From: Mytilus californianus
Taxonomy: Eukaryota
Direction of reading: 5' to 3'
Length of the DNA stretch: 64,000 bases
Assembly: GCF_021869535.1 (NCBI RefSeq)
Contig: NW_026262581.1
Location: forward strand, 33,976,001-34,040,000
Shown: piece after piece, positions 37,862 to 51,575 of the stretch
Layout: every line of letters starts with the position of its first letter
How positions within the stretch are numbered: position 1 is the stretch's first letter
Program-made: the position numbers and the translations under genes
Notes under the pieces: generated by a model
What the model was told of the DNA's origin: nothing
The model's database searches: none
Seen by the model: only the letters and a program-made list of their open reading frames with translations

Positions 37862-38492
37862 AATAAAGGCAACAGTAGTATACCGCTGTTCAATAGTCAT
37901 AAATCGATTAAGCGAGAAACAAAATCCGGGTCACAAACCAAAACAGAGGGAAACACATCAACTATATGATGAAGACATAATCTTTCAATCAGTTTAATTG
38001 AGGTCTGGAGCTGGCATGTCAGTCACTGTTAGTAGTCTGTTGTTATTTATGTATTATTGTCATTTTGTTTATTTTCTTTTGTTTCCTATTCTGACATCGG
38101 ACTCGGACTTCTCTTAAACTGAGTTTTACTGTGCGTACTGTTGTACGTTTGTTTTTTCTGCATTGGCTAGAGGTATAGGGGGAGGGTTGAGATCTCAAAA
38201 AACATGTTTAACCCGCCGCATTTTTGCGCCTGTCCCAAGTCAGGAGCCTCTGGCCTTTGTTAGTCTTGTATCATTTTTAATTTTAGTTTCTTGTGTATAA
38301 TTTGGAGTTTAGTATGACGTCCATTATCACTGAACTAGTATACATATTTGTTTAGGGGCCAGCTGAAGGACGCCTCCGGGTGCGGGAGTTTCTCACTGCA
38401 TTGAAGACCCATTGGTGGCCTTCGGCTGTTGTCTGCTCTATGGTCGGGTTGTTGTCTCTTTGACACATTCCCCATTTCCATTCTCAATTTTG
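37862..38492 (-). repeat. Interspersed repeat related to family A
   Basis: Shares the aacatgtttaaccc-ccgca...tgtcccaagtcaggagcc core and the ggggagggttg-gatc segment. Confidence 0.65.
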
Positions 38493-39045
38493 TAAGAGGA
38501 AAACAATGGAACAACAGAAACACTGAACTGCAACAAAAACAAACGCCAACATACATAGAAACGAACAATTTGATAACAAACATTTGTGTGCAGACAATGC
38601 CTTCTTTTATTAATAATTATTGCATTAAACACTAGCAAAAACAAACGACGAAAATAAGTAAAATTGAATTGGAGAAACAATCAATATTGATAAAAAATCA
38701 ATGTATTTTAAAATGTTTGGTTTGTTAGCTTTAAAAGTAATGTCTGAACATTTTTAACTTTAGTTTTACAGGATTTAAATATTTTGAAGGCCGGAAATGT
38801 TTGATTGTATACGTGACAGTTCCAAATTTAAGGCTGCTGGGCAAATAGCATCATTGAGGACAGATTTAAGAGGCATTTTAGATTGTGTTGATAAAATTCG
38901 TCCATACGCGGGTAAAAACTCATCGCCAGGCTTTATTTAGTACACAACACACAAGTTTCATCTACATAATACTTATCAGAAGAGCTCGAATTAAAAGGCT
39001 TTATATTAATTGTGCTTTAAAAACGTACAAAGAATGGATACTGTT

Positions 39046-40962
39046 TATAGGTATAGAACCACTAATTCTGGCCGTTCAGAAAGAACATACAAGAAAGTAG
39101 TACATATTTTAAACAAAATAGTTCCTATGCATAGCTGTAACTTTGTCAATAAGTAAAATATTTGTGTAATTTTGGTATCAAATGGAAGCTTAAGGACTTG
39201 TTATCACTTTAGAAACTTTCTTGAAAGTTTCATTTGAATGATACAAAAATATATCAAATTATAAAAAGAGGGCACATTTACCATGTTGTCGAGATCAGAT
39301 GTACCTCTTTTTGTACTACCAAACTTCCAGGAACCAGTGCGCTCTTATACGCAATTAAAGGTATGTTGAATTTTTCAGCACAAGTCAGGATAAGGTACTG
39401 TTTTGACATGAAATGACTACCACTTCATCTGAACTTAAGACAAAGTAGCCATTAATGCTTGAAATTGCAGAATTTAACATAAAAAGCAATGTGGCTATGA
39501 ATTAGTGGTTTTATTCCTATTACTTAAAGGCATGTGAAATTCAAATTTTAGAAATCATACCCATTACAATGAAAATTGGTCACATTTATTGTTTGTTATC
39601 ATGTTGCATTATTTTTTTATGTATCAATTATGTTGGTGTCAAATTACAGCCCTCAAATTGCTACAATAGGGTATTACAGCCTTTTTGGGGCATTTAGCAT
39701 GCACACAGTTAAGACTTAATCTGAAGTTTAAATTTTTGCATTATTTAATAATGAAATCAATGAAACATGTATATGATGACTGGTTTGTAGTAAGAATATA
39801 GCTTTTGGTCAAATTATCTAGAGAGTTTTCATGTTTTATTTGGTTTCTTAGTGTATCATTTATTTCTAAAGGAAATTGGTATATACTTATATAGGAATTC
39901 TAAAATCTCATTTGAAATGCAATTTTCAACAAGTTTAGCAAGTTGTCTAGCTGGAAGATACTTAAATTGCTCTTGCTGATCCATGTTTTTATATAAAAGT
40001 ATGTTTTTATCAAAACACACTCCTTTTCCAACATGTAAAAAAGAGGGGACAGAATTATGTATTATATTTTATGTTTGGACAACTCTATTTATATTTAATG
40101 AACAATCTCTGATAAAAATAAAACATATGGGTAAGAACATTGTTATTTGAGTATATATTAGAGCTATTTTCCTAATGCTTGTAGTTAAAAGGTTTGGTTG
40201 GCTTGCTTGCTTTGTTTTTGTATAAATGTTTGCTCAAGCATTCGTAATTAAGATTGACCTCTGCAATCAATAGATAGGTGGGGCTTCAGCTTGTATACAT
40301 TATACTCTGCATTATACTTAACATACAATAACATTTAAGTATATAATGTAAACAAGCTGAAGTCCCGCCTAACAAATAAGAAATGGAAATAATTGAAAAA
40401 TTCTCATATTGGTCACTATTATTATCCATATGGAGTTTTCTTTGTATAACGCATATGTTACTACCAGTCTAATTTGAGCTTGAATTCAGTAATATAGTGT
40501 TTCGACAAAAGCTTTATGTGTTTTCTATGCTAGGAATAGATCATAAAAGGAAAATAAGTAAAGCAGAAGTCAATATAACAGGTTTGGTGCTGTTATAGGT
40601 AAAGAACCACTAATTCGGGCCCGGTCAGAAAGAACATACAAGAAAGTAGTACATATTTTCAAATGGAAGCCTAAGGGCTTGAGATCACTATAGAAACTTT
40701 CTTGAAAGTTTCATTTGAATGATAAAAAAATATATGAAATTAAAAAAGGAGGGCACATTTACAATGTTGTTCAGATCAGATGTACCTGTTTTTGTACTAC
40801 CAAATTTCCGAAAACCAGTGCCCTCTTACATGCAATTTAAGGATGAGGTACAGTTTTGACATGAAATGACTACCACTTCATTTGAACCTAAGACAAAGTA
40901 GCCATGAAATTGCAGAATTTTACATAGAAAGCAATGGGGCTATGACTTAGTGGTTTTATTCC
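39046..40962 (+). repeat. Direct duplication: 39046-39518 and 40593-40962
   Basis: Collinear ttataggta-agaaccactaatt...cagaaagaacatacaagaaagtagtacatatttt...agatcagatgtacc...tagtggttttattcct; the second copy has internal deletions. Confidence 0.85.
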
Positions 40963-42199
40963 TTAAACAAACACAAAATTAGAGGCTTACATTTGTTATA
41001 GTTATCATGATTATTTTTGTTTTTATTATTATTGTTCCTACTATCATTTTTATGCAAGTCTAAAAGAATTGGTTATTTGTTAAATTGTTGATTTTATTCA
41101 AATTATGTTTGTTATTGATTTGTTTCTGAATCAAACTCCCACCTGGCTCAGTTTAAAAGACCGCAATTCCACGAATAAACTTTGGGTTCTAATAACTTAA
41201 CAGTTCAGGTAGTAGTTACGAAATAATCAAAAGAAGATTTATGTTTTTGTTTTATCTATTCATTTTTGTTTAAGATTACTAAGACATTACTTTATACCAG
41301 CTTAAGTTCTGTCGTAAAGAGTACATCAAAACATTAATGCAAATATATTGTAAAAAATTGTCAACAGTACCAGGCTTTTCATAACTTTTGAAAAACGCAG
41401 GTACATTTTAAAAACTCCTCAAAGATACCATGATCTGTATATTCGACAAAACCTACAATTTGCCGAATAAATAAAGCAGAATTTATACTGTCAATTAACC
41501 TGTGCAATTCATTTAATGGATAAATTGTGAAGTATCACATAATTGTGAATTTTTCAGTTTTAATCTCAATCGATAAGAATTATATACCCTTTCTTTTGTT
41601 TATTCGATTTTTTTCTATACCTGATTTAATTAAAAACCTATTCGTAATTCAAACATTCTCCAGAATTAAGTGTCACTTTAAAAATCAGTGTAATTGACAA
41701 GTTGGCAGGAAAGCATATCTATTACTTCATGGAAAAAATAGCTGATTCACAAACCACGTTTTTTTCGGGAAAACTATATAATTGTATGATAAGTTTTGTA
41801 TATTTACTAGCTTCAAAGATATGATCACCATGTTTGATCTAATAGAGACTATCTTTGGTATCTTTTCTCGTATAAATACAGTTCGGTAGCTGTCAAAACA
41901 AATTCTCAGGAATACTCAAAATGAAGGGAGGGGTTAAATATATATGAAACATTTAGGCAAAATTTCGGTATTTAATATCAAATACTAGTAAACAAAAACA
42001 AAATTCCCAGTTAAGTAAATCTATCATCTGTCTTTCAGAAAAAAAAAATGGTTTTGGCAATCTTTGATGCAATTTTTTGTTCAAAACACAAAAAAGTTGC
42101 AATATTTGTACTAAAATTGTTGTATTGCAATTATCTACGACTGCACTGAGTGTCACGTTTTCGTCGACATCAATTTGCGATAAAGTTGATTAATATAGT

Positions 42200-43165
42200 T
42201 TCAGTGTTTCGGTACTGACATCTTTTTTAACATGTGTTTCTAAAATTTCCCGTTGACCAATAAAGAAATTGCAAAGAAAATTAGGTTCCGACTCTCTCGG
42301 GCAAAGTCGACCTTAGCTGGATTTGGCTATTCCTTTAAGGTTCCTTTTTGGTCATATAGCTTCTAACACCTCTGCGTATTTTTACATCCCTCGCTTTCAA
42401 ATGACTGGTTTTTAACATTCCTGATGAAAGTAAACCCAGAAAAAACGCCTCGGCCATACGAAATTTATAAAGTGTTATTTCATTTTCAAGGTTGTGTAAT
42501 ATAAAGCGTATATTACTTACAAGAAAATATGTTTTTAGTTTCCTCACTACGCTACGTAAATTCGTAATGACGGAAATTGATAACAGTCTGTTGCGATTAC
42601 TTATAACTTACATATATGATTCAGACGCATATTTCAACCGCAAATGTAATTTTCAATCTTGTACAATACACGTGATACTAATTCATACGAACAGGCACAT
42701 CATCTCGCTCGATTTCTGCTGTTGTCTGTTAAAGGTACGTAACTTCTAAGTATTTTTCATCCCTCGCTTTTAAATGTTTATGTTTGACGCACAAAATTTA
42801 AAAAAGGTTATTTTCTTTTAGAAGCACTAGGTTGATACCTCTGCTGGTGGACTGTTAGTCCTTTGGGGTATCATCAGCTCAGTAGTCAGTGCTTCGGTCC
42901 TGACATGATTTATAACATACATTTCTAAAATTCTCCGTTGATAAATTAAGAAATTGTTTAACAAAAGTAAGGTTCCAGCTCCATCAGGCAAAGTAGACCT
43001 TAGATGAATTGGGCTCTTCTTTTTCAGTCTATTTAGGTCATACAGACTCTAACGTTTCTATGCATTTTAACATCCCTGGATTTTAAATGGTAGATTTGAG
43101 CGTCCTGATGAAAATACAGGAAAAGCGCTTCGGACGCACGGAATTTATAAAGTATTATTTTCGTT
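42200..43165 (+). repeat. Two direct copies (about 42200-42480 and 42880-43165) of the repeat family carrying the hammerhead-like motif
   Basis: Shared ggtactgacat/gtcctgacat...tctaaaatt...ggcaaagt-gaccttag...ggtcata...ctgatgaaa...gaaaa...cgaaatttataaagt. Confidence 0.7.
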
Positions 43166-43459
43166 TTCTTGTTATGTTATAGAATATATGTGGTTTCTTA
43201 ATCATTATTAAAAACTAAAATGCAAACTTTCAAAATATAATTTGGATGGAAATTCCCTTCGTTATGAAAACATTGATAACATCGGGGATAATTTATTGTT
43301 TATTTTTTCGATAGATGAAGTGGAACGTTTTGTACAGTAATGCATTAATTTATTTATTTCCAATTGAAAGATTCGGCACGTCCAAAAAACATGTTTTATT
43401 AAATTTAATTCGTCTTTTTGTGTACTTTATTTGGTTTTTCTCTGACGGAGTAAAAAAAC

Positions 43460-44160
43460 AAGACTTATGCGTGCTGCGTCCTGCAGCGGCGAAGGCGGTG
43501 TTATCAACAATTTGCAAAAGTCTGTTATAAGATCAGTTACAGAGGAACAACTAATGGTAAATCAATGATATTTGGTATGCAGTTGAATAAGTATTGGCAT
43601 GGAGATTATTTGCACCCCCTCAGTTATTGTCTATTTACTTTTAAAAAATTGCGAAGTTTAAATATTAAAGTTTGTGATAGGATCAATTTAAGGGGAACAA
43701 CTAATGATGAGTCAAGGATATTTGGTATGCATTTGATTTGCATAAGCATTGGCACATCTCATTTCAATGGAGATTTGTTGGATCTGCCCTTAGTCATGGT
43801 CTATTGCCTTCGGAATTTTGCATAGTTTACATGTTAAAGTTTGTGATATGGTCAATTCAATGGAAAATCACTTATGATAAGTCAACGATATTTAGTATGC
43901 ACTTGTATTATCATTGGCATATCGTATTTCTACATATGCTTATTTGCCCCGTACCGCTAGTCATAGTTCATTTACATTGAATATTTTGCATATTTTACAT
44001 GTTGAAGTATTGTTATTTCGATTTCAACATTTGCATTTTACTATCAATATTACACACGGCAACATATCACTATGTCAACAGTTTATGCTACCATCATTCC
44101 TCCAAAATTATCAGTAATTACTCAGCGATCTCATGACAGCTTGCACATCCAGGGTGCTTC
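43460..44160. repeat. Degenerate 3-unit array (~150-170 bp), probably a reversed HINE-like element
   Basis: ca(a)ctaatg...tcaa-gatattt-gtatgca...attggca recurs near 43547, 43698 and 43868. Confidence 0.5.
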
Positions 44161-44699
44161 ATTGTGTGGATTCTATCATAGACCCGTCAAAACGAAGACT
44201 TTAAAACTGGTAGGTGTTGCTTCTTCGCTATGTATGTAAAACATAGAAGTGAAAACTACGTATTGTCGGATTTTGTTAGAATAATAGGTAGGCCGAAATT
44301 TCTTATTTTTAACTATTCACTTCAAAGCTAGCACCTTGGAAATCCAAGTTAACGTGTCAGTCTAGTATAAGGAAATTCATTAAAAAAATACAAGTTTTAT
44401 AATTAAGTACACCAAACGAGCAATTGGCCAGTTGTCTCGAAACAGACAAGTTGGAATGCAAAGCAATAACGATGTTGAAAAACGTTGAAAGCCAAAATTT
44501 CTAAAATTTGAGAGCCATTTGTGTCTTGAGGTAGAATAATCGTAGTGTTTCCATTCATTTGTAACATCTGAGGCATAGTAAATTTACAGAATGATATCGA
44601 ATCAATGATATTTCCTGCCAGCACAGAACCGCTGACTATTTGTTTGGTTATGCCCTCGTGCACGACACGTCCAGCAAAACGAGGCATCCACTCAGATAC

Positions 44700-47000
44700 C
44701 TCTTTCAAAACGTCTTTCTCTATACAACTTATGTTTAGAAACCATTGTTGCAAACCCTCATTCAAACCAATATAAACTTACAATCATTTCGGATATTGCA
44801 AGTCACAGACTTTCAAACCAGTTCGCATTGGAAAAGATGAAAAAGAGAAAAAATCCTTTCTTAAACTTTCCTTTGCCAAACAAGGTCTCGATGCCATCAA
44901 CTTGGGCAATATCCTCCATCATAAATCAGTTCACTCGAAAATACCTCCCTATTTTAAAGATCAGTCTGTACCTATCATTTCGTATACCTATACCAAACCA
45001 ATTGCAACTAAAATTTTCAATTACAAACACGTGTTACAGGATCTCAATATTGAAGACTTCAAGTCTAAACCTTCTGATTGCACCTGTGCTAATTCCCCAT
45101 TCATATATATCCGACTGGCCACGTTATTACTGGTGACCAAACCATTGTCAATAACACTTCTCTGCGAAATGTGTTATCCAAAGGCCCGAAATATCGTGAG
45201 CCTAAATCCATCAATTGTAAAAACCTCTTCAAAATACTGATTGATTCAGTCGAGGATTATACCAGGCAATGGGCTAAACGCGAGAAAGAAGACGTAGATA
45301 CTCTTTCCGAATGGATTAAGGCTGTAAGGTCGTTAATACAAATCAGAATTAAGAAACTGAATGGGTCTATTAATACCCATGTTACATCAATCTTTAAAGA
45401 CCCAAATGTTGCTAAACACTTGTCCTACCTCCATGACAAATATGTTGTTGTCCCCGCAGATAGAGCCCCAAACAACATCGTTTTTGTGTGTAAATCACAT
45501 TACATAAACTACTTGATAAGTGAATTAGGTTTTGAAAATTCATTTGGAAACTCAACATATACCCCCACGACACTTACTAAAGAGGAAATCCTGGATAATC
45601 ATAGGTCTGTTCTATGTTCCTTTGGAATTTCAGCCAAAGATGAAGAACTGGATCTTCCATCACTGTATTGGACACCTAAACTACATAAGTGTCCTTACAA
45701 AAAACGATATATTGCTGGGTCTTCCAAGTGATCCACGAAACCTCTATTTAAATTATTAACATCAGTTTTATCAGCAATTAAAGCTGGGCTTCAAAGATAT
45801 TGTGAAACTATCTATTCTAGAGGTGGTTTGAATCAGATGTGGATACTAAAAAATTCTTTTAGAGGTCATACAATCTAAGACTCTTTCATCTTGCAGTAGT
45901 ATTAAAACATTTGATTTTTCTACACTGTACACAAGTTTTCCCCATTCCAAACTAAAAGACAAATTGAAAGAGTTGGTCCTACTTTATTACATAAAAAAGA
46001 ATGGCCAACGTAGATACAAGTATCTTGTCTTAGGAAGGGGTAAATCCTACTTTGTAAAAAATCACTCTGATTCTAACAAAACATTCTCTGAAACTGACAT
46101 TATCAAGATGCTTGATTTCTTGATTGACAACATATTTGTTACGTTTGGATGACGTGTTTTTCTCAACAAACAATCGGCATTCCCATGGGAACCAATTGTG
46201 CCCCTCTTCTTGCCGGCTTGTTCCTTTATTCATATGAGGCTGACTTCATACAGGAACTTCTTAGGAAGAAAAAAAGAAGTTGTCAGTATCCTTTAACTTT
46301 ACTTTCCGCTACATAGATGATGTACTCTCACTAAATAATTCAAAATTTGGTGACTATGTTGAACGCATCTATCCCATCAAACTTGAGATAAAGGATACAA
46401 CAGATACAGTTAAGTCTGCCTCATATCTTGACTTACATCTAGATATTGCTAATGAGGGTCGGTTGAAAACAAAACTTTATGATAAAAGAGATGATTTCCG
46501 CTTCCCAATTGTGAACTTTCCACTTTTATGTAGCAACATTCCAGCAGCGCCTGCATAAGGAGTATATATCTCCCAGTTGATACGATACTCAATGGCTTGT
46601 ATTTCCTATCATGATTTCCTTGATAGAGGGTTGATGCTCACAAGGAAGCTATCAAACCAAGAGTTCCAAGTGAGGAAGTTGAAATCATCCCTTTGTAAGT
46701 TTTACGGACGCCATCACGAGTTCCTGAACGTGACGTACCGAATTAGACTATTTACCGGGTTTGTACTAACATGAGCAACACGACGGGTGCCACAAGTGGA
46801 GCAGGATCTGCTTACCCTTCCGTAGCACATGAGAACACCCACAGTTTTTGTTGGGGTTCGTGTTGCTCAGTCTTTAGTTTTCTAGGTTGTGTTTTGTGTA
46901 CTATTGTTTGTCTGTTTGTCTTTTTCTTTTTTAGCCATGGCGTTGTCAGTTTATTTTCGACTTTTTTTTAATGTCCCTTTGTTATCTTTTGCCTCTCTTG
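44700..47000 (+). mobile_element. Decayed Penelope-like retroelement (RT pseudogene plus ~250 nt 3' tail); 5' limit uncertain
   Basis: Consecutive frameshifted ORF pieces: DCTC...GHV, KGPKYREP, VVVPADRAPNN, KLHKCPYKKRYIAG, IKTFDFSTLY, GIPMGTNCAP, RYIDD (46307-46321), SYLDL, LYDKRDDF, KFYGRHHE; several stops and frameshifts; no GIY-YIG seen downstream. Confidence 0.88.
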
Positions 47001-48006
47001 TAAAACTCAAACATGACATATTTGTAAGACATTAACATTATTGTTAAATATTGAAAATATCCGATTTTAAGCATTTGTTTTTTAACTCAATCGGACATGA
47101 CATCAGTAGCAACTTTTTGCTTGTCCCGTATGTTAAATGTTACAGCCGAAAAAGCACATTTGATTGATTATTCAATACACCAAGAATGGTTTTTATATTT
47201 GTATGAGGTAACAGGAAATGACAATTTTTGTATGAGGTAGCAAGAAATAACAATTTGCATCCTTTACTCACATTTTAGTGGTATTTCATTTAAGTGGTAA
47301 TATACTGAAATGTATGGATAATAAGGTTATCAAAACGACAATTGGGTTTCTTTCTTACAATTCCAAATCCGTACTGGCCTATCAAAAATGCTGTCGAGTC
47401 TGATTAATTTTAATTATGAGACTACATAAAACGTTTTAGGAGTGTTGTTTCCGGTTTTTTTTTCCTTTCTTGTTCGGGAGGGAGTGCATTCTTGGGCGTC
47501 AGTATTTACCCTACAGATGTGGCTTAGCTAGCTTTTTGTGGTACTGATCAAGTGTGACCATGATATCAATTATTGTATTACACTGTTTAATTTATATCCT
47601 GTAGGTAGCTTAGCTTTTCAGTTTTTTTTAATGTGTCATTTACTTTACGATATTTAAATTCCCTGATTTAAGTAAAAAAGACGTAAAACCAGTTTAACCA
47701 TACCAAATGTTATGCTTGTACCAAATGAGGCTTCCATAATTATGTGTTATTCGATTTTGTTTGTCTTTGTTTGAACGTATATTATTCGGTTGTTGATGGT
47801 AGGTGTGGTCTTTTGTTCTCACGTTCCCATGGTTTTAGAAAGTCTGTTTTACTTTTCATGTATTATTCATTTGTCATCATTGTTTTTTGGCAGTTTTTTT
47901 ACCTTTATATGTATACTATGTATTTGTATAAGGTCAGCAACGGGGTATTTTTATATTTTGTTTGTTTAATTTTTTTTTTATAAACTCAAGTATAAAGATC
48001 AAGAAG

Positions 48007-48085
48007 ATGAAGTTGTTTGTTCAAGCTGCCTTGTATGCTCTCTTGTCGTATCACTTGGTTGAAGGTGGCTGTGATTCTAATCTTG
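48007..48085 (+). CDS. C1q-domain gene A, exon 1 (signal peptide MKLFVQAALYALLSYHLVEG...)
   Basis: ATG, hydrophobic leader, donor CTTG|GTAGGT, 79 nt, phase 1. Confidence 0.75.
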
Positions 48086-48626
48086 GTAGGTAAAACACTT
48101 AACTTTAAAGTAATATATTGATATGAACATAATGTTGGTTTTTATATCAAGAAATGTTGACAGTGTCGTCGAAAAAATCTGCCTAAATACATAATCTCGA
48201 ATTTTCAATTGCTCTAGATCATATTCTCTTTATTTTTTGTCATTTGAGCTAAAAAAAAAAGCATTTATATTTGAAGAGCAAAGCTCTGCATGAAATGATT
48301 TAATATAAATTATATATATCTATCACATGTACATTTAAGTCAGTTGACTTTTTATGTGTAAATGAATAATCCGCCTAAAAACACAAAAAGCAAATAGTCA
48401 AATAATTTAAATTTTCTTTTAATTTTTAGAAAAAAATCTACATAACATATTAGTAAAGAATTTATGATCCGTTATAAATTCTTGCCGTGAATGGAAATTG
48501 AAAAGTGTGTTTTTTACGGGAAAACGCATGTCTCCCTCCCCCACCCCAACTTTTACAGAAAAAAATGGATGGTAGGTGCCTTAACATGTATGGTAATTTT
48601 TAATAGCATATACTTGTTTTCTTCAG

Positions 48627-48680
48627 GAAATGAGCTGATTGATGGACTTCTTGATATGATTCTGAAAATTAAACGATCCG
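48627..48680 (+). CDS. C1q-domain gene A, exon 2 (short helical linker GNELIDGLLDMILKIKRS)
   Basis: Acceptor ttcttcag|GA, donor TCCG|GTATTT; 54 nt phase 1-1, same size as gene B exon 2. Confidence 0.75.
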
Positions 48681-49564
48681 GTATTTATATTTACATATTT
48701 TTACATTTCCCCACAAATTGAATAATAATAAGTTGCGGAGGGGTAAAAGGTTTTTGACCCGTCCGTCAGTCCGTCCGCCAACACTTCGTTGTCGCCAGGA
48801 AAGAGCCTCCGTATGATCAGATCCTCTGCATTTTATGTGACATTACAATCCCGCACGAGTTAGATATAAAAACTGATATTGGACCATTTTTCGGGCTGGT
48901 AACTTTTTCAAACATTTCATGGAAATTCTCGTCGACAGGATAGCGCGAAGGTTGTCACTCATCAAAAGAATGGTTGACTTCGATGATCAGAAAAGTAGTA
49001 AGTTAATAGAGATAAAGTTGAAAGCTCGGGTGAGTTCGATACTTTGACAAATCTTAAACGGAGTGTTAATTCTTTAGGAAAGTGATTCGATAAAATATTT
49101 CTTAGGAACTCGCAGGGATTATGCCTTCGTTTTTACTAGATCACACATAATCCGACGAACGCTAATGAACATAACTTCACAAAATAAAAAAAAAACAAAA
49201 CACATAAAACAGTTTAAGTTGAAAAACCGAAAAATACAAACGAAGTTGTTTTATAAAGTTATCATTTCCTCTAAACGTAACAAACGAGGAGAGAGAATTA
49301 TACATTATAACGATGCGTAAAGACCTACGAAATTGACTTTGTTTTTCTGTTTGCCAAGTTCTCATAGGAAAAGAAGAAAGTATAACATGCTTTTAAACAG
49401 TAGGAACATAGAAATTAGTATATAGAAAGAGCTTTAGATATTGTATGTATGAATTTTTTTTCTCTTGGGATATTATCATTACGGTAAAGCTTAACTTCTT
49501 TTAAATGTCAGTTTTACGAGCTTTTAGTTCCTTTATTCTTTACATATTGAATGTAAAACAATAT

Positions 49565-49915
49565 AAAGATGAGAAGATGTGGTTAATTGCCAATGAGACA
49601 ACTCTCCGCCAGATGTTTGACATATAAGTTAATAACTATAGGTCACCGGACGGCCTTCAACAATGAGCAAAACCCATACGACATAGTAAGCTGAAATTAC
49701 AAATTTAAAACAATTCAAAAAAGAAAACTAACGGCCTGATTTATGTACAAAACAATTAATGAAAAACAAATATGATATACAGCAACAAAGACAACCACTG
49801 AAATACAGGATCTTGGCTTGGGATCGACACATATGGAATGTGGTGGTGTTCAACATGTTTGCTGGCGCCAACTTCCTCCTAACCTGGGACAGTGGTGTAA
49901 CAGTACACCATCAGA
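49565..49915 (+). repeat. Family A copy in intron 2 of C1q gene A
   Basis: gagaagatgtggttaattgccaatgagacaactctcc...cctaacctgggacagtggtgtaacagtac. Confidence 0.75.
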
Positions 49916-50139
49916 ACAAATGCATATTTGAACATTTATTTCTACACAAACAGTTTACAAATTATTAAGATAAATGCATAGTGGTTTCGAAATAATTTTA
50001 AATCATGGTCGCCTAAGTAGTAAAACTATTGACTTTCACATTTAAAAGCAAAAAGAGCTATATTTCCAATCACGTTTTAAATATAAAAGTTACCTTATAT
50101 TATTCAATTAGCATATACAAATTTTAATTTTATTTACAG

Positions 50140-50567
50140 GCAATAGTAGTGATACTACACCTACGGAAATTCCTGCCTTTTCTGTATCACTGACAAATGC
50201 AAAAGACCTAGGCACGTCTGAAATTATAAAGTTTGACAAAGTGTGGACCAATAATGGAAACCTCTATGACCCGAACACAGGGATATTTCAAGCACATCTT
50301 AATGGCGTGTACCAGTTTTCTTTCACTGTGATGTCCAAGTATGGGAAAAATTTGGAGGTATATTTATGGCAGAACGACACTCGTCTGGTTGCTGTATATC
50401 CGGGCACTGGTTATAACGAAGGGACTGCAAACATGGTGTTGAATCTTAAAAAGGGCGACAGAGTTTATGTTAAATGCGGAACAGCAAGTGGTGCAGTATC
50501 CATTCATACAAGCAATGGTTCCTGGTACAGCATGTTCTCTGGTTATCTTATACACGTTTCAAAATAA
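50140..50567 (+). CDS. C1q-domain gene A, exon 3 (globular C1q domain); secreted protein of 186 aa
   Basis: Acceptor tttacag|GC; PAFSVSL...IIKFDKVWTNNGNLYDPNTGIF...GVYQFSF...LNLKKGDRVYV...FSGYLI are typical gC1q motifs; AATAAA overlaps the stop. Confidence 0.93.
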
Positions 50568-51533
50568 AACAAATGTCTGAAAAGTGTGCTGCTTATATAA
50601 CGTGGTCTTAAAAAATATAGGATGTTGTATACCATTGTCAATGGTTCTTCCCACTGAACGATCAAAATGAGAGAAGAGACGTAGGTAAAGGTGTTATATA
50701 TCTTTTAATTCTTTAAATTTGTTACAAATTTGGTCACAGTGTTCAGTTTTATCGTCTCCTATTGAAATTAGTTACAACTTTTATAGACTCTGAGCTATTA
50801 AAAGCATGACCGTTAATGAGGACCGTTAAAAATACATCACATGCGGGCACAACTATAATAACTTCCTTTTCAAAACTGAATTCTGTGTACAAATTAGTTT
50901 CAGAAACATCAGATTCAAATCATTGCTTTTAAGTATCATGGCGTTTATTGCTATCACAGATGGCAGACACCGGAAATACGCATTTCTAAGATGATTATGC
51001 CTTCCGAACAACGCGTAGGTGCCATCAATTAAAGCATTATTCTCAATTATAAATCTGCACAATATAAAATAGGTTTGTTCTTTTAAACAGCTATTCGAGT
51101 TTGAATTGATTTTTGGTCATTTCTTTGTTTTTTTAATCTTTTTGATATTTTTTCTCTTTACATTATACAGTGAATTGAGCTTCTTTTATGAAAGAGTAGA
51201 GCTAATTTCACTCACAGGTACAAAATTCAACAGTGGTTAATACATACTGAAGTTGGAATATTAAAGAGTCTTTAAGATACACATTAAAGATTTTAAAATA
51301 ATTCTAGGAATACTAATAAGATAACAATGAAATGAATAATTGTAATGCTATTTATTGTTGATGAAGACGACCTTCATACAATATTGCAAAACTTTCATGA
51401 TTTTGTAAAATTTGGCATATACGGATCCTTAAAAAACGAGGATTAATTTGTATCTGAGAATACCAAACATAAATGAACGTCCAACTTAATTTTGGACATG
51501 GTTAGGATAACAGTAACGGTACCAATTGTTCTG

Positions 51534-51575
51534 CACCAGATGCACATTTCAACAATAAATGTCTCTTCAGTGATG
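51534..51575 (-). ncRNA. Minimal type I hammerhead ribozyme motif
   Basis: Reverse complement CAUCA-CUGAAGA-GAC(AUUUAUU)GUU-GAAA-UGUGCA-UC/UGGUG: stem I CAUCA:UGGUG, stem II GAC:GUU, near-palindromic AUGUGCAU, AUC triplet. Confidence 0.7.

Noticed and set aside
44403-44765. 120-aa minus-strand ORF
   Set aside because: Overlaps the 5' part of the Penelope-like element on the opposite strand; no recognisable motif.
48086-48095. Alternative donor AG|GTAAAA for C1q gene A exon 1
   Set aside because: Gives phase 2, which is incompatible with exon 2; the upstream GT gives the required phase 1.
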